Assembly (NCBI GenBank): GCA_965261085.1
Contig: OZ253442.1
Location: 3,872,001-3,936,000 of the forward strand
Length of the DNA: 64,000 nt
From: a bacterium
Lineage (GTDB): Bacteria > UBA8248
Reading direction: 5' to 3'
The first letter of the stretch is position 1, and each line of letters begins with the position of its first letter. The notes under the pieces are model-generated. The model was given only the letters and a program-made list of their open reading frames with translations. It made no database searches and was not told the DNA's origin. The position numbers were made by a program, and so were the translations under genes. Positions 10,611-19,669 of the stretch are shown here, in pieces.

Positions 10611-11147
10611 TCATGCGGAGCCTCTCGGTTTCCAACTCTTGAGCGGCCCCCATCGCGGATCTGACTTCGCGCCTATGACAACGGATTTTCCCTCATCGAG
10701 TTTCCGGCAAGTTTCAGGCGCTTCTCCCAGACATTTTTCAGGGCATCTGGGTTGTAAGGGAATCGCCAGCCCGATTTGATCGCGAACGGGCGTTGTCAGA
10801 TCCACTGTTTCATTGTCGATGTATGCAACCTCAAGGTCTTCTTCGTTAAGTTCTATTTCACCTTCTGAACCAGAATCTTGAGGCATTTGCGAAAAAAAGA
10901 TTTCCAAAGGCTCATTGAACGGACGAAGAAACTCCGCCAGCCCAAGAGAACATTCTAACAATAACCGACCACTCAACCGACCCTGGAAGCTCACCTCGTG
11001 GGGACCTGTTTTCTCCAACTTGCCGATGAGCTTTAGACTCGAAGCTCTGAACCAAACTTCCTCCAAGTCATCCATTTCCAAATCCAGAGTGAGGTCCAGA
11101 CCATCATCCGGAATTTGGGCGAGAGGAAATTGAAGTATTTTCCCCAT
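10611..11147 (-). CDS. yceD: YceD/DUF177 family protein
   Basis: Upstream of rpmF; ECSLGL...DLTTPVRDQIGLAIPLQPRCPEKCLG...DPRWGPLK pattern. Confidence 0.88.
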   Translation of the reverse strand: MGKILQFPLAQIPDDGLDLTLDLEMDDLEEVWFRASSLKLIGKLEKTGPHEVSFQGRLSGRLLLECSLGLAEFLRPFNEPLEIFFSQMPQDSGSEGEIELNEEDLEVAYIDNETVDLTTPVRDQIGLAIPLQPRCPEKCLGEAPETCRKLDEGKSVVIGAKSDPRWGPLKSWKPRGSA

Positions 11148-11238
11148 GTCGTTTCCCCAGAGGAATTACGCCACGAGATGGGGGGCACATTCCGATAACG
11201 CGGCGCATCGTGCACCTATCCATAACGCCTAGAGTCGA

Positions 11239-11267
11239 AATATAGGAAGGTGGCGAGACAGTGTCAA
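11239..11267 (-). promoter_or_regulatory. Sigma70-type promoter of the yceD-rpmF-plsX-fab operon
   Basis: TTGACA-17 nt-TATATT on the minus strand, about 90 nt upstream of yceD. Confidence 0.75.
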
Positions 11268-11337
11268 ACAACAAAGTAAAGGGTCGATTCAAGGCGTTCC
11301 ATATTCTATTGAATGTACACACGTCGCACAATTGATT

Positions 11338-12297
11338 TCAACAACTCTGCGCGCCTGACTCCAACAATTCCAACAGCCTCCCCTCACGAACACCGCCAGT
11401 TGATATGCCAAAATCTTTCTTACTTCCCCACCGCAATAGCGCACGCACGACAATGAGCCCGGCAAGCGCTACATCTTCGCGCCCCAACTCGAAACCGCGA
11501 AGCTTTCTCCTTTCCTCAAAAGTCATTCCGGCGAACCGATCGACCCATTCTTCGAAAAAAGAACTCTGCAGAGAGAGCCCATTTACGCGCCCACCCGGCG
11601 GCGAGCCTTCGGTTAAAAACCATGCCAGCGCCACGACTCCCCCACAACCGACAAAGGGGATTTCCGCCAGCGCCGCCTCGCCGAAATCAACATCCGCCAA
11701 CATCGCATCCACCGCTTCCGAACAAGCCAGCACCTGCTCATCCGGTGTGGGCATAGTTTTCAGATAACGCTCCGTCAGATACACCACACCGGCGGGAAGA
11801 CTCACCATTTCTCGAACCTCGTCATTCTCAAAGAGTATTACTTCTAGGCTTCCTCCGCCGACATCGAACACCAACGCGCGCTCGGGCTTGGCCGCCTCGC
11901 CGGCGAAAACACCCGCCAGCGCCAGACGCGCTTCCTCCTCGGCCGGAATAACGCGTATTGCAATCCCCAGTTGTGAGGCGCGCGCAATAAATACATCCGC
12001 ATTTTGCGCCTCACGCAGCGCGCTGGTCGCCAGGGCATCAATGAGATTGACGCGATGCTCGTGAATGATTTGCGCAAACCGGGAAAGGCAGGCGAGTCCT
12101 CTCTCCATGGCCTTCTCGGAGAGCAGTCCCGTTTCGCGAACCCCCTCGCCCAGGCGAATCAGTTCGCGCCAGCGACCCCGCGATTCCAGCCTGCCTGCAT
12201 CATCAAGCGTGGCGAGCGCCAAACGGGCTGCGTTCGTGCCCAAATCCACCACCGCGGCAAGCGGGGTCGAGGTATCGGTGCGGTATTGTTCAGACAT
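11338..12297 (-). CDS. Ppx/GppA family phosphatase
   Basis: VDLGTNAARL, ATSALREAQN, EEEARL, DVGGGSLE, GVREG motifs. Confidence 0.9.
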   Translation of the reverse strand: MSEQYRTDTSTPLAAVVDLGTNAARLALATLDDAGRLESRGRWRELIRLGEGVRETGLLSEKAMERGLACLSRFAQIIHEHRVNLIDALATSALREAQNADVFIARASQLGIAIRVIPAEEEARLALAGVFAGEAAKPERALVFDVGGGSLEVILFENDEVREMVSLPAGVVYLTERYLKTMPTPDEQVLACSEAVDAMLADVDFGEAALAEIPFVGCGGVVALAWFLTEGSPPGGRVNGLSLQSSFFEEWVDRFAGMTFEERRKLRGFELGREDVALAGLIVVRALLRWGSKKDFGISTGGVREGRLLELLESGAQSC

Positions 12298-12321
12298 GAA
12301 AGAAGAGGTTTCCCGGAGTGA

Positions 12322-12831
12322 TCACGAATTCCTGAAGCGCTCTTTGTTGTTCATGTAAGAGACGGCGGCGTTCTTGAAGCGCGCTATTTCCTCATCGCTT
12401 AAGTCGCGCACATATCTGGCGGGTGCTCCTAGCCAAAGGGTACCCGGATCAACCACTTTGTTCTCGGGCACGACGGCGCCCGCTCCGACGACTGCGCCCT
12501 CGCCCACCTTCACGTTGTTCATCACTATTGCGCCCATCGCGATGAGAGCGCCGTCTCCCACATGGCACCCATGCACGATAGCCATATGACCCACAGTAAT
12601 GTCATCGCCCAGTACGCAGTCGTATTTCCCGCCCTCGATGTGCAGGACCGAGCCATCCTGTATGTTGGTGCGCTTACCCACGCGGATAGGCATATGATCC
12701 CCGCGCAAAACGCAGTTGTACCAAACGCTGCTGTGCTCGCCGATCTCCACGTCGCCTATGACAACGGCGGTCTCCGCCAACCAGGCGGTTTCGTGAATTT
12801 TAGGCAGCACTCCCTCAAAGGGAATCAACAT
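12322..12831 (-). CDS. Gamma carbonic anhydrase family (YrdA-like) hexapeptide-repeat protein
   Basis: VLRGD, TNIQDGSVLH, VGHMAIVHGC motifs. Confidence 0.92.
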   Translation of the reverse strand: MLIPFEGVLPKIHETAWLAETAVVIGDVEIGEHSSVWYNCVLRGDHMPIRVGKRTNIQDGSVLHIEGGKYDCVLGDDITVGHMAIVHGCHVGDGALIAMGAIVMNNVKVGEGAVVGAGAVVPENKVVDPGTLWLGAPARYVRDLSDEEIARFKNAAVSYMNNKERFRNS

Positions 12832-12861
12832 GGTTACCTTCTCCCTTGTTTCGTTTTCGTT

Positions 12862-14337
12862 TCAAAGACGCGATGTTCGCTTATGCTCGATGTCGAAGAA
12901 CGGCTCGTGGGCCGCGGGTGAAGCCTGAACTTCCTTCAGCAGAGGCAAGTTGTCAAACATCGTTCGCCGCTCGTCCAGAATCCTTTTGAAAGCCCGACGT
13001 AACGAACGAGGAAGCGGCATACCCTTGGGAAGCTCCGCCTTCAAGGGGTCCAAATATCGCCCTCGGCGGATGATCCGGTAATCCAGATGAGGACCCGTGG
13101 ACAAACCTGTGGAACCCACATAGCCGATCACCTGCCCCTGGAAGACCCGCCTGCCTGAGCGAACCCCGCGCGCGTAGCGATAGAGATGGAGATAGGCGGT
13201 TCTATAACCCCCGCCATGGCGCAGTTCAATCGTCTTGCCGGCCTCGCGTTTGCGCCCCGCCCAAGTTACGACTCCATCGGCAACCGCATGGACAGGCGTG
13301 CCCCGGGGCGCGGCATAGTCGACACCAAAGTGAGGACGGTAGCGCTTGAGCAGGGGATGAAAGCGTCTCCTGGAGAAACGCGAACTGATCCTCGTATAGC
13401 GTAACGGCGATCGCAAAAAGGCGCGCCTTAGAGATCCGCCCTCGAAGTTATAATACCTGCCGCCTGAGTGCTCGAAATACACTGCGGTGTGTCGCCTGTT
13501 CCTCACGATAAACTCAGCCGCCAAAATCTTCCCGTAGCCGGCGAATTCATCTCGAAGATGCTTTCGTTCAACCAAGACTTCCACCTCGTCTCCAGCTTGC
13601 AAATCCTTATGAAAATCAATGACGTATGCAAAAATATCGCTCAGCTTTTTCACCAGTACGGGAGAACCCCCGCCATCGGAAATGGCTTGGTATAAGGAGC
13701 TGTTGATGTGTGATTGAATGCGAACGACATCTATGAAATAGGGTATTTCCTCCTTCGAGGCCGTCATCGTCCCGTTCGGTGTCCGCGAGAATCTGAGTCG
13801 ACTTTCATTGTCGAGTTGCAAAACGAATTCACGGAATTCACCATCTTTTTTACTTTTTCTCACCTCATATCGGCGACCCGCCCGAATGCGCGAAAAAATA
13901 CGTTTTTCACGCACACTATCCAAAACTTCCTGAATTTCAGAACGGCGCACTTTATGCGCCATCAACACGCCGATAACGGTGTCTGCTTTGGAGAATTTGC
14001 CCGCTTCCGTAGTCAACTCATCCTTTTTCGGTAGATCCGCAGCCGATTTCTCCAAAACATCTGGTTTATCAGGCCCCTCGCGCATCTGAATCCGAGGTGT
14101 TCGGGCGAACTCGCGCTGAGCCGTATTTTCGCTTGCTTTTTCAGTACCGCGCTCCTTAGGAGCCGGAACGTATTTTTCTGGTGATTCGGGAGAGCGACGT
14201 ATTTCGGAACGCTGCCCCAGGAACATGCTGACAACCAGAACCAACAACACGCCTACTACCCAGAACTTCGCAGAACTGCTACCGGATTTTCTTATGGAAC
14301 CAGATTGGGTGACGAGACGCACTGTTTTCCTGCGCAT
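12862..14337 (-). CDS. M23 family peptidoglycan DD-endopeptidase (MepM-like)
   Basis: N-terminal TM; HFGVDYAAP, YLHL, STGLSTGPHLDY motifs. Likely start MRRKT after AAAGGA (ORF open to 14448). Confidence 0.92.
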   Translation of the reverse strand: MRRKTVRLVTQSGSIRKSGSSSAKFWVVGVLLVLVVSMFLGQRSEIRRSPESPEKYVPAPKERGTEKASENTAQREFARTPRIQMREGPDKPDVLEKSAADLPKKDELTTEAGKFSKADTVIGVLMAHKVRRSEIQEVLDSVREKRIFSRIRAGRRYEVRKSKKDGEFREFVLQLDNESRLRFSRTPNGTMTASKEEIPYFIDVVRIQSHINSSLYQAISDGGGSPVLVKKLSDIFAYVIDFHKDLQAGDEVEVLVERKHLRDEFAGYGKILAAEFIVRNRRHTAVYFEHSGGRYYNFEGGSLRRAFLRSPLRYTRISSRFSRRRFHPLLKRYRPHFGVDYAAPRGTPVHAVADGVVTWAGRKREAGKTIELRHGGGYRTAYLHLYRYARGVRSGRRVFQGQVIGYVGSTGLSTGPHLDYRIIRRGRYLDPLKAELPKGMPLPRSLRRAFKRILDERRTMFDNLPLLKEVQASPAAHEPFFDIEHKRTSRL

Positions 14338-14471
14338 CGCGATTCCTTTCGAAACATCGGGCGGACATCGTATAAAATTGGCAGGTACAACCAAAACTTC
14401 ATCTTTCTGTTGAAGTATTACTTTAGCAGATTTTTTCGATTCTTCCAAATTTTAATATCCAATGCCGCCTC

Positions 14472-14524
14472 CACGCATTTGCCCGCATTTGCGAGGCGAA
14501 CGCTCCTGTCCATTTCCATATATT
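14472..14524 (+). promoter_or_regulatory. Putative activator-dependent promoter A: tandem 10-bp repeat plus -10 box
   Basis: CACGCATTTGCCCGCATTTGC at 14472-14492 and TATATT at 14519-14524; same geometry at 20381-20434. Confidence 0.55.
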
Positions 14525-14621
14525 CCACGACATCGGCACCTTCCTGCGCTGGAGCGATGCCGAAACGTGGCGGGAGTAAACGCTTCCTCCGATATGCCCC
14601 CCCCCCGCCCAGGAGAATGGA

Positions 14622-15701
14622 ATGGGACATCGCTTCATGTATCAGAATCTTATCGATGATGAGACCGTCATCGCCGCCACTTCCGTGGAAAAGGGATTCG
14701 TCGGCGCGGGCGTCCCCCGCGTCACCAACGCAGGCGGCTCGATGATCTTTTCAGGCGCCTACGCCGGAAAAGACCAGGAAGTCTACTCCGTGGAAATCGA
14801 CGCCACGGGCGATGTGGGAGGCGCCCGTTTCAAGTGGCGCAAGACATCGACCCCCGCGGGTGGCTGGGAAGCCTCGAACATCCCCACCGAGTTGACGGAT
14901 ATCGCCCTGGATTCAGGGGTGAATGTCCGCTTCGTGGGTGGCGCGAATTCACCCGATTTCGCTTTGGGAGATCATTGGCAGGCGACGGCGAATCGCTTTC
15001 ACTCACCGAAAAGAATTTACGATCTCGACCCCGCCACGAGGATGAGGGGCGCCTCGCCGCCCGAAGACCCCTGGTCGTTCACCCTTGATTTCGGTGCGCA
15101 GATATCTCCCGACGTATTCATCGCCCACCTCCACAATTTCCCACCCGGAACAAGTCTCAGGATTCAGGCAAACAGGTCCGCAGACTGGCGCGCACCCGTG
15201 CTGGAGGAAAGGCTCACCTGGCGCAGAGACACACTCATCCACTATCTCGCCACCACGCCGCGTTCGTATCGCCACTGGCGTCTTCTGGCCGAAGGCGCCG
15301 CCGCCGACCAGGATGGGTATCTGGAAATCTCGGAAATCTACATGGGCGGCTTTTTTGAGCCTGCCGATCACTTCTGGTTCGGAAACGTGGTGGGGGAAGA
15401 ATCCTTCGAGGAACCGGGACGCACGGAAAGCATGGCGGAATATCCGGTTCTCCTGAATCGCGGCCGCACGCTCACCCTCCCCTATGAACGCATATCGGAT
15501 GAACAGCGCAGGGAATTTCTCGCCATGTACCGGACGGTGAAGGACGTCGAAACAAGGCGGGCCAAACCGTTCTTCGTTCATCTGGATGTGGATGACCCCG
15601 CCTCGATCATTCTCGCCCACCTCGTGGGCGGTTTTTTGCCTCGCCAGACAGGACCGGATGATTTCGCCTTCGAACTTGAACTCAGGGAAAGACTCGCATG
15701 A
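14622..15701 (+). CDS. Phage tail-tip protein, distal-tail (Dit)-like with inserted beta-sandwich domains
   Basis: AGGAG RBS; discoidin-like segment (LDFG...HNF...YRHWRL...YLEISEIYMG) and C-terminal RTLTLPY...KPFFV...ELELRE. Pattern recognition only. Confidence 0.5.
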   Translation: MGHRFMYQNLIDDETVIAATSVEKGFVGAGVPRVTNAGGSMIFSGAYAGKDQEVYSVEIDATGDVGGARFKWRKTSTPAGGWEASNIPTELTDIALDSGVNVRFVGGANSPDFALGDHWQATANRFHSPKRIYDLDPATRMRGASPPEDPWSFTLDFGAQISPDVFIAHLHNFPPGTSLRIQANRSADWRAPVLEERLTWRRDTLIHYLATTPRSYRHWRLLAEGAAADQDGYLEISEIYMGGFFEPADHFWFGNVVGEESFEEPGRTESMAEYPVLLNRGRTLTLPYERISDEQRREFLAMYRTVKDVETRRAKPFFVHLDVDDPASIILAHLVGGFLPRQTGPDDFAFELELRERLA

Positions 15702-16231
15702 GGCGCGCCACGGATCAGGGCATCACGGATATTGCCGGGCACGAGGGGAAAACCGCGTTCGTCCTCTACCACCTGTCCACCGCCGGTGGAAAGCGCGTGT
15801 TCTGCGGCAGGCAGGTCCCCGCCTCCCTGATCGGGCAAGGCGGAAGAATCCATTTTCTTGACGGCTCCCGGATTCTCGATGGCTCCCTCCTGCTCGGAGA
15901 AGGAGCAGAAGTGCTCCTTGGCGTTCATGATTGGATAGAGGATGGCGGCCGCTTCTCTCTCGGCGCGTTTCAAGGCCTGTCCATTCTCGAGGCATTCAGG
16001 GAAAAGGAACTCTCCGGCCTCACGATAGCCATCAACAACGCCCACGATATGGACGGCCACCCGCGCATGAGCCGCATCCTCGCGACAGAGCCGTTCGTGG
16101 GCGGGAGGGTCGATGTCCGCGTCGGGTTTTCGGGACAAAACATATCCGATGTTCTCTCGATCGCGAGTTTCACCATCCGCCGAATCATCGAGCGTATCGA
16201 CTCGGTCACGATTCAATGCGAGGGAAACTAG
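15698..16231 (+). CDS. Phage tail/hub-associated protein
   Basis: ATGA overlap with the previous gene; LDGSRILDGSLLLG motif; C-terminal GGRVDVRVGF...TIQC resembles hub N-terminal modules. Confidence 0.45.
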   Translation: MRRATDQGITDIAGHEGKTAFVLYHLSTAGGKRVFCGRQVPASLIGQGGRIHFLDGSRILDGSLLLGEGAEVLLGVHDWIEDGGRFSLGAFQGLSILEAFREKELSGLTIAINNAHDMDGHPRMSRILATEPFVGGRVDVRVGFSGQNISDVLSIASFTIRRIIERIDSVTIQCEGN

Positions 16232-17443
16232 ATGACCGACCCGACGACGGACAGGCTATCGGATTCGTTTCAGATGGCCCGCGCTTCGAGATACGCAGCC
16301 CCTGAATTCGAAGACCAGAGCCTCCCCATCATCTACGGGGATTTAACCATCCCCTCGCGCGAGAACGCGGGTGTCTACGCGCTCCCGAAAATCGACACCG
16401 CAGGCGACGGCGTCTACTGCGTGGCCGCTCATGAGGTATGGGGCGCCGTCGCACTTTTCGACGACGATGGCCGCATCGAGCCGGGTGACTACGTGCTGGA
16501 ACTCGCCCGGAACTATCAGGGCCGGAGCACAATCGCCACGGCCGCTTTCGCCGTCCCGCCAAAGGGGCGCGTGACTGCCGTATGCAAGGGCAGGAAAAAC
16601 TTAAGCGGAGCGCTCATCGAAAACCCCGCCGAGGTCGTTCAGGACCTCATGACGAGCGTCTGGGGGTTGAGCGAGCAAGAGGTCGACATGCAGGCCCTCT
16701 CGCGCGCAGCAGCCTGCGCGAGCGCCCTCGGCTACCGGGCGAGCGGGATCATTCTGGGCGACCATGCGCCCGCCGATATCCTCACCGCGCTTTTGGGCGA
16801 TTTTCTCGGGCGCTACGAAATCGACCCGTTCGGTCGCCTGAAAATTCGCATCGCCGGAGAGGAATCCTCCGCCATTTCGCCCCAAAAAGTTCTGCCCCGC
16901 TTCGGCCATTCGCGCATCGAAGCGGAGATTGCGCGCGACACCGTCATCAACCAAGTACCAGCGCTCTTCGCAAGGGATTCTCTCAACGCGCGCTACATCA
17001 AACACGACGACGGGAGCGCCACACAGAACACATCCTCCCAAAGGCTCTATGGCGTCAGGAGGCCTCCGCAAAGCCCGCTCAGGCTCGAATGGGTCCGGCG
17101 CGAGAGCGTGGCCGCCACGATTCAATCGCGCATCGTGGAGCGCTATCACGAACCCACCCGCATGCTCACCATCGAGGACAACTCCTTGAGAGCCCTCGAA
17201 GTCGAGCCGGATGACTACGTAGCGTTCAGCGTGCCCTGGATGCGCTCGGAAAGGCTCGAACCCCTCGTGAATCAAATCGGGGAGGTGATCGAGGTGAATT
17301 ACGACCTGGGCGAACAAGCCATGGAACTCAAAATTCGAGATACCGGCTTTTTCCTGACATCCTCCCCTCTTCTGGACGGGACCAGAACACTCGAAGGCGG
17401 CTGGCTCCTGGGTGCCGAACGCGACGCCGCCACTTACGCATAA
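16232..17443 (+). CDS. Phage tail hub / baseplate-like protein
   Basis: Abuts the previous stop; LPIIYGD, IENPAEVVQDL, SQRLYG, LEVEPDDYVAF patterns resemble siphoviral hub proteins. Confidence 0.55.
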   Translation: MTDPTTDRLSDSFQMARASRYAAPEFEDQSLPIIYGDLTIPSRENAGVYALPKIDTAGDGVYCVAAHEVWGAVALFDDDGRIEPGDYVLELARNYQGRSTIATAAFAVPPKGRVTAVCKGRKNLSGALIENPAEVVQDLMTSVWGLSEQEVDMQALSRAAACASALGYRASGIILGDHAPADILTALLGDFLGRYEIDPFGRLKIRIAGEESSAISPQKVLPRFGHSRIEAEIARDTVINQVPALFARDSLNARYIKHDDGSATQNTSSQRLYGVRRPPQSPLRLEWVRRESVAATIQSRIVERYHEPTRMLTIEDNSLRALEVEPDDYVAFSVPWMRSERLEPLVNQIGEVIEVNYDLGEQAMELKIRDTGFFLTSSPLLDGTRTLEGGWLLGAERDAATYA

Positions 17444-17454
17444 AGGAGAAAACG

Positions 17455-18396
17455 ATGCCCATCGGCGCTGACTTGTCCGCCCGCTATACCGAGGAAGCCA
17501 TCGGCGGCCACCATCCCACGAAAGCCCGCGTGATCGACCGCCTCGCCCTCGCCGCCCTTTTCCCGGACGGAAAAATCAGGGCCAACAGACAACCCATCGA
17601 ATGTGCGGGCAGGCTCGATTACTTGAACGCCACCACCCTGGCGTTCAAGCCGGTGCTCAATTCCGCGTACAATCCCGCCGTCGCCAATCCTCTCGCGGGT
17701 CGCCATATTCCCTTCATCGATGAAGCTTCGGAAGATGTCTATTACGAGGATTTGCCCTGGGAGGGAATTACGGGTACGAACACGGACCTCGCTACGGACC
17801 ACTCCTATGCGGTCTTCGTCTACGATGACGGAAGCGGACTCAAGCTCGAATTCGACAGCACGGGACACTGGGCGTTCGACGCCGCCACGGGGCTGGCGCA
17901 CAAAACGGACGACAAGAGCCGCACCCTCGTCGGCATCGCGAGAACGGACGCCTCATCCCAGTTCGTTCTCGCGAACGACGTGTACGTCAGAAGTTTCTGG
18001 AACAAGGCGGAATACGCCGCGCAGTCCAAGGGAACGCTCGCCACCACCTCCTCCACCAGATGGACCTCCGTCGCCACGCACGAAATCCTGATGTGGCCGG
18101 GTCATGACGTCATCCGCCAGGAAGCCGGCGGACAAGGCTGGGTGAATTCGACGTACATCGCGGGTCTGGTGGGTCTGGATATGGATCTCGAACTGTACAA
18201 CGGAACGGGACAAGCCTACCCGGAAATCGAAATCATCCGCTTATCCAGCAGCGAAAAAGACAATTTCGCGATTGCGAACACACGAATATACACAGGGGCG
18301 CTCGCCGAAGTTCACTCCACGTTCGTCTTTCGCGTGGCGGGCTCGACCATCCTGAACATTGGCGACTATCTCTTCCAAAGCGTCGTTTTGATTTAG
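17455..18396 (+). CDS. Putative tail fibre / receptor-binding protein
   Basis: AAGGAG RBS; Thr/Ser/Gly-rich, beta-strand-like; YAVFVYDD...RTLVGIART...VRSFWN segment; follows the hub-like gene. Confidence 0.45.
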   Translation: MPIGADLSARYTEEAIGGHHPTKARVIDRLALAALFPDGKIRANRQPIECAGRLDYLNATTLAFKPVLNSAYNPAVANPLAGRHIPFIDEASEDVYYEDLPWEGITGTNTDLATDHSYAVFVYDDGSGLKLEFDSTGHWAFDAATGLAHKTDDKSRTLVGIARTDASSQFVLANDVYVRSFWNKAEYAAQSKGTLATTSSTRWTSVATHEILMWPGHDVIRQEAGGQGWVNSTYIAGLVGLDMDLELYNGTGQAYPEIEIIRLSSSEKDNFAIANTRIYTGALAEVHSTFVFRVAGSTILNIGDYLFQSVVLI

Positions 18397-18405
18397 GAGA
18401 CACCT

Positions 18406-19101
18406 ATGGAAATCGAAGTGACCAAAGCCATCGGCCCGCATTTTCGCGATGAACTCGAAGCGGCCGGCCTTGCGCATCTCTGCCTGGGCAGCGCGCACCG
18501 GCTGAAAAAGACCATGACGCCTGACGCCGAGTGGCGTCCCAGGTCCGGCGAGACGGAATCCGCCCGCCCCGAAATCCCTGGCCCCGGCCTGGATACGTGG
18601 GTCATCAAAGTGGACGATTCGAGCACCCGGGCGCAGCGCGACGCCATTCTTGCCGCTCATGCCGCGCACGCGCCCGATGGCGTCGCGCAAATCCACCGGG
18701 ACCAGGCGAAAGAGAAACTCAACATATTGCTCAACGGCGCCAAGGCGCGCATCGTGGGCGTGCCGGTGAGCACTCTGGGCGGCAAGCTGGCCGAATACGA
18801 GGAAAAAGCCAAGCTCATCGACGCCTGGGCGCAGGATTCCGACGCGGAGAAACTCACAAAACCGGGGTTCTTGCTCATCAAAAACAGAAAAGACGCCTAT
18901 CCGGCGCGCTACGCGACGGGTCAAAGCGTGGTGGATGAGTGGGCGAGCCGTAGAACGACTCTGCTCGACAAGCTCGCCTCCCTCTTGAAAATTTACGACG
19001 AATGCGTGCGCGACATCCAGGATGCCGACGTCACCACAAACATAGCGGCCCTGGAGGCGAAACTCGGAGTGGCCGCCTCTTCTTTCGACGGGGTGCGCTG
19101 A
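18406..19101 (+). CDS. Hypothetical protein, possible tail-fibre assembly/chaperone
   Basis: AGGAG RBS; follows the fibre-like gene; AILAAHAAH segment then helical C-terminus. Confidence 0.4.
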   Translation: MEIEVTKAIGPHFRDELEAAGLAHLCLGSAHRLKKTMTPDAEWRPRSGETESARPEIPGPGLDTWVIKVDDSSTRAQRDAILAAHAAHAPDGVAQIHRDQAKEKLNILLNGAKARIVGVPVSTLGGKLAEYEEKAKLIDAWAQDSDAEKLTKPGFLLIKNRKDAYPARYATGQSVVDEWASRRTTLLDKLASLLKIYDECVRDIQDADVTTNIAALEAKLGVAASSFDGVR

Positions 19102-19484
19102 TGGCCTCTGAGCAAAATGGGAAAGGGCTCCAGATTTTCCTGTCCATTCTGAGTATCGCCGGCCTCGGGGTGGCTGCCTACACCCCGCTCTACAACCAGA
19201 TCGTGAACGTGGAAACGCGCCTGGCGGCCCACATAAGCGAGCGGGGCCACCCCTGGCTTTTGGAGAAAAACGCGGGCGCGCGCGTTCGCTTCCAGGAAGT
19301 GGAGACCCAGTTCCGCGAGGCGAAGACGATTGCCGATCTCAAGTTTCGCGAACTCAAGGAAATTTCGGTGAAAAAAACGCGCGAGGACACGCAAACCTTT
19401 GCGCAAATCCTGCACCGTCTACGCGAAGTCGAAATTGCGCTCGCCAAACTTGACGAGCACCTGAACAAGGAGCGTAAACCATGA
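19101..19484 (+). CDS. Single-TM coiled-coil protein (holin/lysis-accessory-like), 127 aa
   Basis: TGATG overlap with the previous stop; hydrophobic LQIFLSILSIAGLGVAAY then heptad-like charged region. Confidence 0.45.
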   Translation: MASEQNGKGLQIFLSILSIAGLGVAAYTPLYNQIVNVETRLAAHISERGHPWLLEKNAGARVRFQEVETQFREAKTIADLKFRELKEISVKKTREDTQTFAQILHRLREVEIALAKLDEHLNKERKP

Positions 19485-19564
19485 TTCCCTACCTTCTTGC
19501 GGCCATCGAACCGCGTCTTCTCACGAACCATCTGTGGCATTTCATCAACCCCTGGGCAGATTAG
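19481..19564 (+). CDS. Small ORF (27 aa) or truncated gene remnant
   Basis: AAGGAG 8 nt upstream, ATGA overlap; MIPYLLAAIEPRLLTNHLWHFINPWAD. Confidence 0.3.
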   Translation: MIPYLLAAIEPRLLTNHLWHFINPWAD

Positions 19565-19669
19565 AACGGCCAACCGAATCACCTGTCATCCAGAAAGAAC
19601 GCTTCTCTTGCATCAGGCGAAAATATGGTGCAAATTCATCAAGCGACTCCCTACCCATTCGGAGATAGG

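Noticed and set aside
12862-14337. M23 peptidase as the endolysin of the tail cluster
   Set aside because: It has the TM plus MepM-like architecture of a housekeeping enzyme and is co-oriented with the host operon; adjacency alone is not evidence
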